The notes under the pieces were generated by a model, which had not been told where the DNA came from, ran no database searches, and was given only the letters and a program-made list of their open reading frames with translations. A program made the translations under genes and the position numbers. A stretch of DNA of 63,970 nt, counting the filler, from Klebsormidium nitens (lineage: Eukaryota > Plantae > Klebsormidiophyceae): NCBI GenBank assembly GCA_000708835.1. It is 5 parts of 5 records of this genome, joined end to end, with 100 filler letters (N's around TTAATTAATTAA, not from the genome) between each part and the next. Parts side by side here need not be neighbours in the genome. Positions count along the whole stretch, not along the records: positions 1 to 21,380 come from DF237824.1; positions 21,481 to 32,806 come from DF238151.1; 3 more parts are not named here. The stretch is one strand, 5' to 3'. Shown here one piece after another: positions 11,601-25,600 of the stretch (position 1 is the stretch's first letter; the number at the start of each line of letters is the position of its first letter).

Positions 11601-14600
11601 TGAAACCCCATGTTCCGAAAACGGTGAGGCATTGTGTTCGTGACTCTGTTGATTTACCGGGTTGGCCGCGATGACCGAAAACAGAAAGAATACACTTAAC
11701 AACTCGGTTGAGCGACTAACCGGGGTGATAACCCCTGCAATTCGCAAGCGACAAGACCCTCGACCCTTAGACATTGAAACCCGTGACTTCTTAACGGGAG
11801 GACATACTCGTCAAACTTATCCAGCAGCAGCGCTTTTGCTAGTGTCCCGCATAGCCAGTCGAGGGTGCACGTATTTGGCATTTGTTAGTTAGGTTCCACG
11901 AAACATTTGCGGCAGGGAAAGATGCTCCATGACAGATCCAAGGCTCCGGTTGCTATGTTGGCGGAAAACCAGCTCCTGTAGCTTCGAGAACAGACGCTCG
12001 CAACCTGCGTCGTTCGATACCTCACCAAGGAATCAGTGCAAAGTTCATAAAACATGCCAGTGAGAGTAGGACCGCATGGTCGCTGACAAGGCGCTCTCTG
12101 AACCATCTACTGCCTTGGCCGCAATGTGGGCCAGGACGAGGTCCTGCGCAACCCCAATCACACCGTTTGAGAGCGGGACATGACATGCAGAATTGCGAGT
12201 TTGCATGTTTCGACCGGAGGTCCTTGATTTGATGTTCCTTGTTTCGGGCTGGAATCCAATTCGGAGTAGATTGCTAGAGCGCGCCCCTATAGTAGGCCTT
12301 TGCAATTATTCGCCGAGATGGCGTAGATACTTTCTGCTTCTCCTATTGGACCTCCCTGCAGCCAGCTTTCGACGACCGGTTCCTTCTAAACGGTTCCCCT
12401 TTGAATTTCGCTCTTTCCATTTTAAAGAAAGATGAAATCTCAAAATTTGTTCAGATGGCGTCTAGAGTCCGTCCTGCTAGCGGCCCCACTTTAGTATTGC
12501 AATCCAACTCTGAAGTTGAGAAATCTGCCTACCTGGTTAAGCTTCTTAACCCGAGCCACCTCAGCCTCAACCACCCGGATCGCTTGGAACACGAACATAA
12601 GGATAATGTTGCCTGACGCCACTGCCCCCAGAACGACGCACGTCCAGCCCAATGATGACTTGACGGAGTTCCAGGAACGAGCGGAGAGGTCCATGCACCT
12701 GGGTACGAAAAGACAGGGAGAGGCTCAGAAACGGAGGCTTTCATACCTTCCTCTTAGGTTGAGTACGTTCACGGTTGAAAGGGAAGCTGCTACCAAAGAA
12801 GAAGCTTGATGAGGGCCACTGGGCGCCCCAGTGCCTGGACTGGATAAGCCCAGTGCGTGCTCGCTGCAAGTTCAGGGGACGCGCCAAGGGAGAAAGCGTG
12901 AAGCGAGCAGGAAATACGAAGAATGGGAAAGCAAAGCGAGACCATACGTGCTAGCTACAAGCACCTGAACTCGCAGAACAAAAGCGGAGAAGAATTCTAA
13001 AGTAAAGGACACACAATGCGTCTGAGGAGGTGAATTAGTTTGGCGTAGAAAGGAAGCCGACTCCACAATAGAAGACTCTTCCAGCAAGAATAGTCGTCCA
13101 GCCCAGCGTGTGCTTTGCAAACAGGAGCGGGCGAAGAGTCAAGGAAAGCTTTAAAGTGAGTCAGCTTTCGGAGAGTCGGCTTTCAGACGTGAAGTCTGGT
13201 AATGGTTCTTGAACTGCTTGTGATAGCTTGGTCGGGGATCTGAAAAGCCAATTTTGCAGGAGCTCGGCGAAGATGAGGGTTCCCAGGATGGCAGTTACGC
13301 AGCCTAATGCGCTTGGCTCAAGAGCGAGAGACCTGCATGTTCGAGAATCTAGTGTGTGGGACGTCGGATTTGAAGTGTCTCGAAAGTCGAGAAGAGACAT
13401 TCATGGAGGCCCTCTCCTTCCTGTGAGTGGGCGCGCCAGGCAGCTACGTGAGGGTGCCTGCAGCTATTTTGACTTGAGGGGCCTTGCCAGGTCCAGAATC
13501 TGGAAAGAAAACAGTGAGCCCCCACAAACCTTTGATGTGACATTGACGGGACAGATAAGGGACCAACTTCCAATCCCAACTACTGTAGCTCAAATTACAC
13601 AGATGTTTGCAAAAGTTTGTATGTAAGTAATCTTGGGAAAGCGACTCTAGGGTATTGAAAACTCCAAAATGAACGTCCTCGGGACAAGAATTTGGTTGGT
13701 GAAAAAGGGGAGAACTGGTTCGCCCAAATCCCCTTAATGTCTTCGATGCATTTGCTCAGATCGTGCCGCGTGGTGCCTGGTCACAAGGGGTCAAGGTAGC
13801 ATCAAGGGTTGAGACCCAGTTGATTGGTCGAAGAACACAAGAAAAAAGCCAGTTGCTTTCCGGTCTCCTGCACGTCACGGCCTTTTGAAAGACTATCTTC
13901 TTCACCTTCATCTTCGCTCATATCTTATATTTTCCCCCTGATCACGAGAGAACATTGGCGGACTCAATCACGGCTTTCTCTTCCAATTCGAAATGGTATC
14001 AGGGAGAGATACATCACTGTTGCAGTCGCTGCCCACCACCCCATTTGGAGACGCTTGTCACGTCTCCAAATAGGTTACTCTCTCTGAAAAACAATCCTCA
14101 TCTTGAATCTCAAGATCGACACGCGGATCGAGCTCCAAGAAGGCTCCTTGCCAAGACGTAGCTGTATTGTTGGACGCAGTATTACCAGTTCAATGTTTCA
14201 GGTTCGGATATTGTGCTTCAGGAACTTGTAAGTACTTGAGGCCGCTCCTCCACAGCGTGTGCAGTAGAAAAAGGGCATCAAATTGGCGATGACTGTCGAC
14301 TCTATATGACACAAGGTCTATATAGAATAAGCTCCATCTGACGGTAGAACACGATCCCGAAAATGTACGTGCTTCGCACTTGCACCCACCTTAACCCCAC
14401 CCGGACATATCAGGGTGGAAAGCTTATCCTATATTGATTTGACCGCGAAAATTTGGCGGGGTTCAAAAAGGGGGCCCTACTTGCCTTATTTCGTAGTTGC
14501 GCCCGCCTTGCACATAGTCGACCACGCAACTCCATGGCACGTTGTCCTCGAAGCTGTCTTGGGCAGTGGCGTATAAAAGACTGCTGTTCGTTAACAGCCC

Positions 14601-17600
14601 TCCAGTGACGTCATAAACCCGCACCTGAGCAGAAGAGGCGGAAAGGTAAGATTTGCAGCAGATCTTGGGTACGAGTAGTTTGTTGCCTTCTGTTTCGTCC
14701 ATAAGACAGGACTGATGTGAAGTCACATGAGTACGGAAGTGAAGCAAACGTACGTCTCGGTATCATGTGCCAACATGCTGATGCCTGACGAACGGGGCTA
14801 AGAAGACCGCACCGAATGAAAAGCGCGTCGTCAGTGACGAGATAGACCCGCACTCTCCCTGAAGAGGGTGCCAACGTTGGGGCTTGAGGGCCAACTTGTA
14901 TATGTAAACGTATGCACCATAAGTGCAATCAAGCTTGTAATGGACTTTTCGCACTGTTGCTGGGACCTCTCGAAGACCGGGGATGAGAACTTCTCAGACG
15001 AAATTGCAACGTAATCGGCGTCACTCATTGGCGAAGCAAGTGAGTACGAAGTGGCGTACAAGGCAAAACTGCCCTTCGCGTGTAACGATCAGAAATAGAC
15101 CCGTGGCGGACTATGGACTGGTTCGTCTCGAAATATGGTCTGGAAGGGCATTTATTGGACCAGAAAATTCTCGAAAATTTCTGTCGAAGTAGCCCGGTTC
15201 TGGCTCGCACAAGATTGCAATTCTAACCTGAGAGTTGCCACGGTCAGCTCACTTTGTTCCAGACGGTATTTTTACCTGGTAGCCCACCAGCCAGACAGAA
15301 GCCTCTCGGTGTATGACCACCAAGCGAGCGCCGCGTGCACATTGAGCTCAAATACTATTGCAACTATAGGAGTTTGGGTTTCTATGAACAAACCCTTCTA
15401 TTGTTCGACAGGCTTAAAGAACGTGTGCATGTTCTCTTTTGAGACCCTAAATCAATCGGTTTTCCATTCTCTGCAGACCCACATCAGCTGCGAAAAGAGA
15501 GAAACACGACTCTGGTTGCAATAATGCTGGTTGCACCAAGAAGGTAGGACCCGGGGACGCTAAAACCCTTGGGACAAACCTACGCGCTCCGCACCCGTAC
15601 CCACCCTAACCCCCAGGCTAACCCCACCCGTGCCCTGTCCCCTGGGCGCTGACCCTTAGTGCAGCCAGCCTGTAGTGCAGCCAGCCTGAATATGCAACCA
15701 AAGTCAAGTAATTTGGAGAAGAGAGGGTGCCACTCACCAAGATGTCCTGGTAGTCCACGAGTTTCGCGAATGCTTCCTGCTGCACGACCACTGGGGGCAG
15801 CGTTCCCACGATCACTCCCTGGGCCTTGGCCCACCGTTCCTCGGGGGTCGCCGCACTGCTGTTGAACCCCTTCACATACGATGGGAAGTACGTGGACGCC
15901 TTCTGGCCGCCTACAAACGCCGTTATCCGAAGATGAGTTGCCTGTTACGCAAACCTTACCTGATTCGTCCCAAGCGGGACACAGGTATGGAAGTTCGCGA
16001 ACGGGTTAGGGTTGGTTAAAGGGTTAGGGTGGGTTCGGGTGTGGATCAAGATGCTTTGTTGCTTTCAGTATTTAGTGTCTGTTAACCTGCCGACTTTGAA
16101 ACTTGCAAAGCCGCGAAGTTACTGCAGGCAAGTTCTGCCGAGGCTTTGCGTTCACGCCTTTTGCTTCGAGGGACTTGGTTACAGTGGGCGTGCCTGCATC
16201 ATCTCTGCAAGGTATATGGTTCCAATAAGTGCCGTTGAACCATAACAATTCGCAGTCTGATGACTCTGGTCGACACGCAATCTCGATGCAAGCAACTGAA
16301 ATGCAGAGATGGGTTTCCTTAACCTTCTTTGATTATCTATATTTGCATTAACGGCATTTAGGGCATTCCAGAGAGACCATGAGATGCAGGTTCGTCAAAG
16401 CCGCGAGCACGTTGACCCCTTGCGTCCTAGCACTCAAAGCTTCAGGTCTATCCGACAACGTCGAGACGCTCGCAATGGTGTCCTGTGCCCTTCGAACCTT
16501 ACGCTCGGTATCCAATGTATGCTTGTCTGAATAACTATTCTTGTGAGTATGTTATCTTGTTCAGGACTGAACGTATGATCAGTCGCAGGATCAAGCAAGT
16601 GCAACCAGAGGGCAGCTCTAAATCCTCTTCTCGGTTTTGCAAAGCTCTCGAGGTTCAGGACTTAAAAGAGCCAACCACTGATGCGGATGCTGCTTCACAC
16701 ATGATCCTGCAGGTGCTTGAGCACTCCCAGTCTGACGAACAGCACGCATCATCTCATCAGTAATTGTAAGTCAAATCAGTTGGTCGGCTCTTGAATTTCA
16801 GTAAAGTATTCGTCCAAAAAGCCCTGAGACGGGTTTGCACAACGGATCGCGAAATCATTGAGAATTCGCTCACCTGCCATCGGCGTGTACGGTGGCCCAG
16901 CAACGTAGCGCCCAGACAGGATCGCCATTCGGATGGACTCCCCAAGAGAGGTGTTGAGAACGTCGTACCCCATGTAGATAGGCATCTGCTCCACATTTGA
17001 GAGCATCCTGTGGCAACAGGGCAGGAACAAACACCTCTTAAGTTTGAAACCAAACTTGTCACGAAAAGGGGACGGCTTAAGAGACGCCCAAGAGAGAACT
17101 CATCCAGAAGCAGTCCTCCAGGATTGATCGAGCACGTCATATCCCTTTAAAAAGTGTGCCTGCCCCAGGCCCCCTATCCGATGTAAGCGTGCTGACTGGG
17201 AGGAAAGATGGTTTGCAGTTGAACCAGAGTACAGTCGGGAGTTCACACCGTTCAAGATTATTCGCGTGTAAACATATGTGCAGACTTGGATTGGGCTTGT
17301 AATCAGGAGCACTTCCGATGACAGACGGTGGACAGATGACGCTCTCAAGATTGAAGATTGAAGCATCGACCCTGTTAAGACGAGTGAATTGAGGGGCGGT
17401 TGAACATCCATCGACAGTCTGTCTTTGCCAGCATCGTTTGCGGCATTGTACCAACAGGTGTCGGCCAGGCCCCGCCTGACGCCTGCAATTCATGCTTCGA
17501 AAGAGCCTCAGCTTGCTGAGAGCATTGGCAGCACATCAATCAGAAGGGCCCGCTTACGGAAGAAAGTTCAGCATGTCCAAGCGTGGAAGACCTGTGTTGC

Positions 17601-20600
17601 CATCTTGATGCAAGCAAAGACAGGCTTGTGGTGGGGTGCCATTGAAATGAGTGAGAGAATAAAAGCGCATATGCGCGCACTCATAGATCGAACAGTGGCG
17701 ATTGAGAGGCCACATTAAGATCGGGGGAGAGGACACGGGTAAGGTTTCATCGGTCACCAATGCAGTGTGCTGGCACATTCAGCATGAACTAAGTTGGACG
17801 TCTCCGAATCTGACACATCGTTACAGTTGCAATTGTTTGATCTCAACTCGAGGACATAGTCTGCAGCTGACTGAAAAGTTGGAAACCTCCATTCAAGCAA
17901 ATCTGCTTACACTTGTCCTTTGTCCTTTGGGTTTAGTGTTTCCTGTATCGAGGATTTTGACAAGCTTGAAAAGAAGAGAAGTTGTAGGCATTCTCAAGTC
18001 CAAAGCTCTGAAGTAGGGTGAGCACTTACAAAAAGGATTCAGCGCTCAGAGTCATGCAAGCTGGAGCTCGCCAGGGGCTGAGCCCCTGCAATAGAACAGC
18101 CCCTAAATCAGGAGCTACACCTTTGCTTTCAAGGACCTGCAAAGTTACAAGGCTCACGTCGTGACGACATACAACTCAGCTTCCAGCGCATCGTGCTTGA
18201 TCTTCGTCTCGAAGTCGAAGGTGAAGATCTTTTGCCCAATCTCCTCTTCAAAGGCCAAGCGGTCTGGGCTCTTCACAACTTTCAGCCTGCTCGGAGTTGG
18301 TAAATGCTGTTAGATCAAGCTTTTTTGCACCCGCATATGGGGGCGGAGATCAGCTAGTCACTGGCCTGGTCCCCGGTCAAAAGCAGCCACTTGACTCACT
18401 ACAAGAGCATGTACCGCCAGCTTAGACGGCTAAGGACACCCTAGACGTAGCTGGTGATAGGAGGTTGATCTGAAGTGAGCAAGCTGCTTGTCAGGTGTCA
18501 GTAAAGTGCACCTGTTAAGGGCTTGCTCAGAGTCGTGAATAAAAACAATCTGGACAAATAGGCAGGAAACAAAAGAGGTTACTGGCACGCATGTACGTCA
18601 GAAAGTATGTTGCAAGTGACTAAACTTGGATCCCTAGGTTACTGACATTTTCTTCAATGTGTCCAGCTGTTAACGAGTGCTGAGCGGTAGGAGATTGGAC
18701 GGAAGTCTCAGCAAAAAAGGCCTGTGTGAATTCATAGTTACCCCTCCAATCGTATAAAAATATCTATCCACAGGAACAAGTATTCCATCCTTACTACGTA
18801 ATAACGAATTACGGTCGCACTCAAGGTCCTTCCATGTACACCAACGAAAATGTATCTAGAGAAGTGCGTGCGGAAATAGCTTCAGGAGTAAGGATAAACC
18901 TCAGGTACGCAACATGACCCTCCTTGCACGCGGGTCATGCATTGCTGCACCTGTACCTGTGTACACAGTCTAGCATTTACAAGAGTTGCAGCAAGTCATC
19001 AGGAAGTCAGTCAAAAGAAAGTACAGCAATAGAACTCTGATTCTGCGTCAGAAGCAAGGCTTGATGAAGTTCACACGTCTCGTTCCTCACCATGCTACGG
19101 TGACAGTGTTGTCAAGGATTGCAGCGACTGCGTTGCTGAAGTCGGTCCAAGATTCTTGTGTCAGCTTGCTCTGAGTCGCGATCAAACCACTGTACATGTT
19201 GGCTAGGTCATAGCGGGCAGCCAGGTCCGAGGAGAGAACCTGGAAAGTATCATGACTTAGATTGGCTGTAGGGCTTGGCACTAGCTACTCAAAAGTTGGC
19301 AACGCCCATGCAAATGAGACAGAAGTCAGTTACAAATTGCAGATTGTAAGAGTAAGTCCCGGAGTCCATTATGCTTCCACAATATCCCTCAGGATGTTTT
19401 CTAAAAGATGGCAAAGATGTGGGGGCACCTACCAACTTGAAGAGATTGGTTGTATTTCAAAAGTGGCGAAAATGTGCTAGGCAGCTGGACACCTGAAGCT
19501 GGTGCAGACGTCATTCAATCCCCTCGAAATACCGCAAATACTTTATCCAAAGAGCAAAGGACCGTTCAGCCAGGTCATGACAGACAGCCGGATCCAACAA
19601 GAAACCTTGGATGAGAATGCAAATGTGATGACACGGACGCCGGGCTTCCGCGATGTGCCCAAGATGGAAGGGGCAGTCAGCCCATCAAAGAATCTGGAAC
19701 AGAACAGGGACGCCACTCAGCTCTTTGGAGACCTCTGAGGATAGAGTGTGCACACCAGATAGAGGTGGAACGGCGCCTCTTTCAACCATACTTGATCCTG
19801 AGATTGTCGCTGCAACTCTGGTCCTGCCCTTCTTTTACAGCAGTAATGTCTCTTCCATCGAACCTCTTGGAGACCCGAATTTTGCTTCTATCCATACCAC
19901 TGAAACCTCTTGGGGCCCTCATACTCAGTTGTGAACATTTACCAAGAGATGAACTCTGGAACATGTTTATACTTAGGCAATGGCTCTTGTCGGGGTGAAA
20001 GGCAGTTCCAGCTCTGGTTGGCACCAGAGAAGTTACATCATTTCAGGATACAATAAAACAGCTGACTGGCTTTTGAAAAGGATGGTCCCTTTAGCTGGTG
20101 AACCAATTTAGCGAGGTGATGAAGCGCTTTGAAATTTGCGGGCATCTGACATTCAACCAAAGGTAACAGGCTAACCAAAGAAGCGGCACCATACATCACC
20201 CAACAAGAAAGATGGGTGTAGAAGCTGGAACACACCTTGTTTAGGCTTGCTCAAGCTAAACCGTTATTCTCCTTCCGTTCTGAAAATCCCATCTAATTCC
20301 TCTCGCGTTGAACAGGACTTGTCAGCAGAAGGCAACAAAAGGTATGCAGCAATAGATCTTGACACTTGCCAATCTACATTGTCCAACAGAGGTGAGGCAG
20401 GTGCAGAACAAACTGACTACCAGTACGTTCTGAAATGACTGAAGTGGAAAGCAAATGTACTGGTCAGCGAGAGCGTTGCAGCATTCATTGTGGACCAGAG
20501 CCCAAGCGGGACGACGTTTGCTCATGAACACATCATCTTTGTTGCGAAAACACCATTGTGGACTGGACATAAAGTCCTGCTATCGTCTCATTCCTTACCT

Positions 20601-20784
20601 GTGCTCGATTGATGCATCTCAAGTTAAATCCACTGTCCTCCACATGGATTGCCTGGTTGTACAACGTAGAAAAGACTGCGGTTGCTATAGCACAACCCGC
20701 TAATGTCCAGACGGCTAACACTAGGTACTCTATGCTCCTCCGCTTGGCCAGCCATTTCATGGCGCTGATCACCATGCTCGGCAT
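5630..20784 (-). CDS. CHK: CHASE-domain hybrid histidine kinase (cytokinin-receptor-like: TM-CHASE-TM-HisKA-HATPase-REC-like-REC), many introns
   Basis: TM exon ending CINRAQ|gt (20599). CHASE exons at 19091-19239 ([13 protein letters not shown]), ~18.2 kb ([17 protein letters not shown]), ~16.9 kb ([14 protein letters not shown]), ~15.8 kb ([11 protein letters not shown]) and ~14.6 kb (VRVYDVT). H-box SHEIRTP (~11.5 kb). N/G1/F/G2 boxes [22 protein letters not shown] (9.6-10.3 kb). Pseudo-receiver ~8.1 kb. Receiver VVDD/FMDVQMP/PKPL; last exon 5630-5731. The start codon is tentative; a further 5' exon is possible. Confidence 0.92.
10452..10551 (-). pseudogene. Degenerate tRNA-like sequence (tRNA-Ile-like pseudogene or SINE head) inside a CHK intron
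   Basis: Minus strand TAGCTCAGCTGTTTAGAGCG (D-arm/A-box), TAGTGCTTAC, a ~25-30-nt insert at the canonical intron position, GGGTTCGATAC (B-box), ending CCACGACCA. Acceptor and T stems are mismatched. Confidence 0.45.
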
Positions 20785-21380
20785 AGTTGCCTTATTGCCA
20801 ATGCTCAAAACCCTGTACCTCTTGGCTTGTCAAACAAAAACAAATCGCTGCTTTCTTAGCACTAAGTTGAAGTTGATTGAGCAAGTTTTGGCATGCTGAC
20901 GTACTCATCCGCTTCCCCTCTGAACTAATCAGGTTTCAAGCTCAAACAAGCACCCCGTTCCTTCAGAATCGAATCGAGGGCAACGTTGCCAAGGCATCTC
21001 GAAGCAGGGTTTGCAACATCATGCAACAGCTTCCCAAGCCCCAGTCGGTAGCGTGCAGCTAAAACAGCTGCCTTCTATAATCATAGTAGTAGCGTAGCCT
21101 TATGCGCGATAGCATGTTTGTAAGAATCAAGGTTCGCCATGCTATCGCGCTGGCGAACATCCAAGATTTGCTTGCTCGGAATCCTGACCACAATCTGAAC
21201 TCCTGGCCACATTCCAATCTAAACTCCTGGCCAGCATTGGATTCCCTTGGCCTAGTAGCGCTCGCCGCTACCAGTCGTTCTGGGATATGAGGATCTGGAG
21301 GATCTAGGCAATCTCTCTGGCCCGGGCCTCCCGGGGGTGCAGCACGCCGGGCCTCAACTCCAATCTGATGGAGTGCCAGT

Positions 21381-21480
21381 NNNNNNNNNNNNNNNNNNNN
21401 NNNNNNNNNNNNNNNNNNNNNNNNTTAATTAATTAANNNNNNNNNNNNNNNNNNNNNNNNNNNNNNNNNNNNNNNNNNNN
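21381..21480. other. Artificial 100-bp assembly join (N44-TTAATTAATTAA-N44)
   Basis: Fixed length with a six-frame-stop linker; identical spacers at 32807, 45483 and 59062. Confidence 0.95.
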
Positions 21481-21725
21481 TCTGCTCCTAAAAAGCCGTT
21501 TCGAGAGGGGGGTCTGCAGCAAAAACTGCGCATTTTGCCAACTTCTCTCATGTGCTTCGTTCTCCTCTCGCATGCTATATCATTGCTCGAGGGGCCTTCA
21601 AACATGCTTCTCAATGCCCTCAACCACCTCGAAAAAACGGAATGCAAATCCATGATGTCTACATCAAGATATAGGGTTTTGAAATTGCTCCACTGTTGAA
21701 TACCGTGTTACCACCTTAATCATTA

Positions 21726-21768
21726 GGCGACTCGAATTAAATTCCCGGTTTCCGGTCTCCGACCGACC
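21726..21768 (+). repeat. Putative left terminal inverted repeat of the Zator-like element
   Basis: GG start immediately after TTA, with an internal CCGACCGACC; no reverse-complement copy found in 29.9-32.8 kb. Confidence 0.45.
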
Positions 21769-22659
21769 GAATTTCTGAGAAAATTTCGAAAAAATGTTTA
21801 TTTTTTGCCCAATTTTGCCCCAAAATCCTCCAGAATATGGCAGATGGACGTCTCAGCGAGCTCTCCAAAGTGGAAAAGTTCGCATGTTTCAGAATTTAAA
21901 AGTCCGCCAATTGTAAAATTATCGTGATGTGAATTTGGGCAATATCGAGCAAGTACAAAATGCCTCTTGCCATGCCGGCGGCAGCGGGTTGATCGGACGG
22001 CGCGCCCCGCTTGCGCTCGCCGTCGTGCCTGACCTAACCGGGCTAAAGCAGCCGAGAATGAATGGCCAGCCCTCAGCAGCCTTTCCACCTTTGTTCCGCA
22101 GCAGGAGAGCCCGGGTTATCACCTAAATACACCGGGCCAGCCGTGTGCTGTTGCGGCTGCCCAGTTGCTGCACTAATTGGATTGGTTGGCAGCATCGCCA
22201 GCAGTGACACACGAACCAATGAACATGCTCCATCTTGCTGATCTGGCAAAACCTTTCGCGCCATATTTCTGAGAGCTATCCTCCACCAGGCATCACAGCC
22301 TGTGACCTTCACTGCCACTGACTGTTGACAGGTCCAGCAGGTCAGCTCCGCCAGTGGCAGAAGGTGCCTGCATTGCTTGTTAATTTAGTTCAATGTGGGG
22401 CACAATACTAGTGAGGGTTTCCGGGCGCCTAGGCACCAAGAGAACTTGAAGGAGGGTGCTGGCATGCCTGCAAATGGCTTCTCAACAACCGGAGAAAGTT
22501 GTTTTAATCGTCCGAGGCATCCAGCAGCCGGCACAAGTGATCTTCAAACCGCACATGGTGAAAGTTGATCCTGCCAGCAGAGTTGAACAAGTGCTTCTTG
22601 GCTGTTTGAGAGACAAATGTCCGGCCAGAGATGCATAAGCTTTAGTTCCTGATGCACTA

Positions 22660-25600
22660 GTGCATGCTTCTCCAAGTGGAGGGAAGTCTAGTGCGGCTGA
22701 TCTTAGTTGGGTTCAACTGCCAGACCTTGACGTTGACATCAGCGATGTGCTAGAGTGCGGCAAGTATGTTGTATTCCTCCTACCTAAACCGGTGGTGGTT
22801 GACAGTTGCAGTTCTACCCAAACTCCCAATGCCTTTGACCTTCTGCGAAGCGGCTCGCGAAGGGTTTCGGCGCCTGGATTGCCGCCTCGAGTTGAGAGCC
22901 CAACAAACAATAAGCAGAAGGTGCACAACGCGGTGCTTGACCTGCTGGCAGAAAGAAGCTGCCTCTTCAAGGGGGAGTGCATTGAGAGCACTGGGAAGGC
23001 ATTCGTGAGCACTCTGACTAGTCTGCTGTGGTACATTGATGCTGCCCACGACAGGATCAACACCGAGGTGGGGCGGGCTTGCGCCACCCCTGAGGGCCTG
23101 GCGGGCTCGGGGGTTTCGACGGCGAGGTCGCGCGGTCGCAGTCAGCAGGGGATCCCCACTGCGTTCAGCAGGTTTCAGGGGTTTGATGACTGGCAAAGGA
23201 AGCAGAAGGGGCGCTCTGTTGTGCGCGAAGCCAAGCTGAGTGAGCTGGAGGAAGAACTCTACCGATTCATTCCAACTGGGGACTCCTGGGGCAGCGGGCA
23301 GGATCAGTGGGCTGAGTTCAAGGCGGAGCTTTCGGACCTGGCGGATGTGGTGCATTCCTACCGGATGTACCTTCGCAGCCAGAGGGAGTCCGTTGAGCAG
23401 CGGCATGAGAGTTCCACCCCCTCTCGCCAAGTGGGGACTCATGGCACGTGCCGGACAGTTGAGGGGTCGGCAACTAGAAGTCCCGCCATCGTGGATGCTT
23501 ACCGCCAGTTGCAAGCTGCCCTAACTGTCCTTCCTGACTACGAGTATCTGGACCTGGCGCCCTTCACCGATCCTCTTGATAAGAGGGTTCGCTACCAGTT
23601 TCTTAAACGACTGGTGCTGCCATTTCCAGTCTCCCTCCTCAGGTAAATATGGCCTGCTTTGACAGGCCAAAATATCAGCCAACGTTTCTACTCCGGCAGA
23701 TTACCTGTAGATTTGACTATATGCAAAGTTGCCTTTTTTTGCCTGCCTGGAAGGTGTTCTGAGCAACTGACACGATCTGCGTTCACACATCTGTCTGTGC
23801 ATTTGTTCTGAAGTGCCATAAATGCAAGGATCAGCTCAGCGTCCAGTGTGTTGACAGGTGAAAGCAACAAGCTGGTTGCTTAACACTTGGAGTTTGTGTT
23901 GTCGACTCGTAAATCATGCCTCACTTCGAATTCGGGCCTTTTCTCAGATTCGATCCTGGTGGAGGAGCTGGTGCGCTGGCATTTGTCTGGAGACTCCCAG
24001 CGCGCACGTCAGAGCGATGCTCCTCTGAGAACTGCACCAAGCAGGCCCGAGTTGTCAGCCAGCTGGACAAGCAGATGCCCGAGTTCCACACTCGCGCAAT
24101 GCGTCGGGAGTTCAAAGAGCTTATGTCGGGGGTTAGCGGCGTCAACGATCAGGTTGCTCGCTTCGTGTATCGGTTGCTGTCCGGCGATCAAAGTGCTGCG
24201 CACGATGGAGCTGAGGGGGTGGTTGACGGGAGGACACAACAGATCTTGCAGATGGGGGATGAGAATCTGGTCATGGATCTTCGGGAGATCAACCTGGGGC
24301 GGGAGGGCATCTTCGACCTGTTCTGGGAGGTGCTTGGCCAAGTGCTGGAACAAGGTGACGCTCATCCTAAGTTGCGCTTTTGCTACTACCCTGGAGAACG
24401 GGTCTTGAGAGCTAATATGCCATGCGCCGTGCTCGCGCCGTGCTTGGTCCTTGTTTCAAGCTGATTAGTCCTCTGATTTCTGCAACCCAGTTGAGATTGA
24501 TGAGTCATACATTGGTCCCCACACCAGTTGTACATCTTTCCTAGATCTGGCAGACTCTCATGATAGCCTGCCCAGGCTGCTTCAAAGAACAAATCCATTG
24601 CTTTATACTCTCGTGTTCTGTGGTCAAATACTGCCCAAGTGTCGTCCTGCAGAGTCGGTCTGATCTGCAATCTTACAAGAAGCCTGAGCTGATTAGAATT
24701 TCTTCTATTCCAGGCCGAGAGCAGGCTGTAGACGACAGGCGACATGGGAGCGTTATGTTTCTCGGCTCGTGGATGTCCCCTCGCGACCTCCACGAGACCG
24801 TGCAACGGCTGGTGAAGGAGAAGGATCCCCAAGCGCCCATTCCCAGCAGCGCTGGATGGAGTTCCAGTTCTGGCCCAAAAACCCCTACTGCCAAGCTGCC
24901 CTTGCCTACACGGGGCGCTTCTTGGTGAGTTGCCCTTTTTAGAACCAAGGTTGTCTGTTTCTGAGCGATGTACCCGCGTCCTGCCATTTATGTCTTCTTA
25001 GAGCGCTTGCATATGTTGAGAGAGCCTGTACCATTGCAGCATCTAGATCTCACCTTGTTACACAGACTTCTATAAATACTCTGAGTCTTCCCAGATTCTT
25101 AGAATTCAGGCTTCAATCTCTCCAAGCATCAGGCTTGTTGTGTCTCCACCTGGCATAGCTGATGAAGCAACACGTGTTGTGTCTTGTTTTTTGTATCCTT
25201 TTTCTGACCTGATCTTGGCTGCTGTACTTCTTTGAAGAACCTCTTGCTTTCATCGCATGGGTCCTTGCCCTTCTATGAATGCAGATCTCTGATTGAGCAC
25301 GAGCAGGCTGCAATTGCTGATACAGCTTGTGCTCTTGCAGCTCAAGTACGCGGTCAAGAGCCGCATACTCAGCAAAGAGCACATCGACGGCCACTACGGG
25401 GGCTGCATGCGTGACTACTGGAAGCACGTGGCTGTCTTGCTGCCGGAGCACACGGTGGTGGTGCACCTGGACGACAAACACGCCGTGAAGGTGGGGGAAC
25501 CTGGGGCTCCTGTCGTTGCCCTGGACCGTGGCGGGCGCGTCCTCCAAGATGTGGCGGCGGGTCCTCAAGTGGCCCTCGACCACGACTTTACCCGGGCCAA

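Noticed and set aside
21425-21436. TTAATTAATTAA as a biological motif (e.g. piggyBac TTAA or a palindrome)
   Set aside because: Embedded identically in four 100-bp N spacers: an assembly linker.
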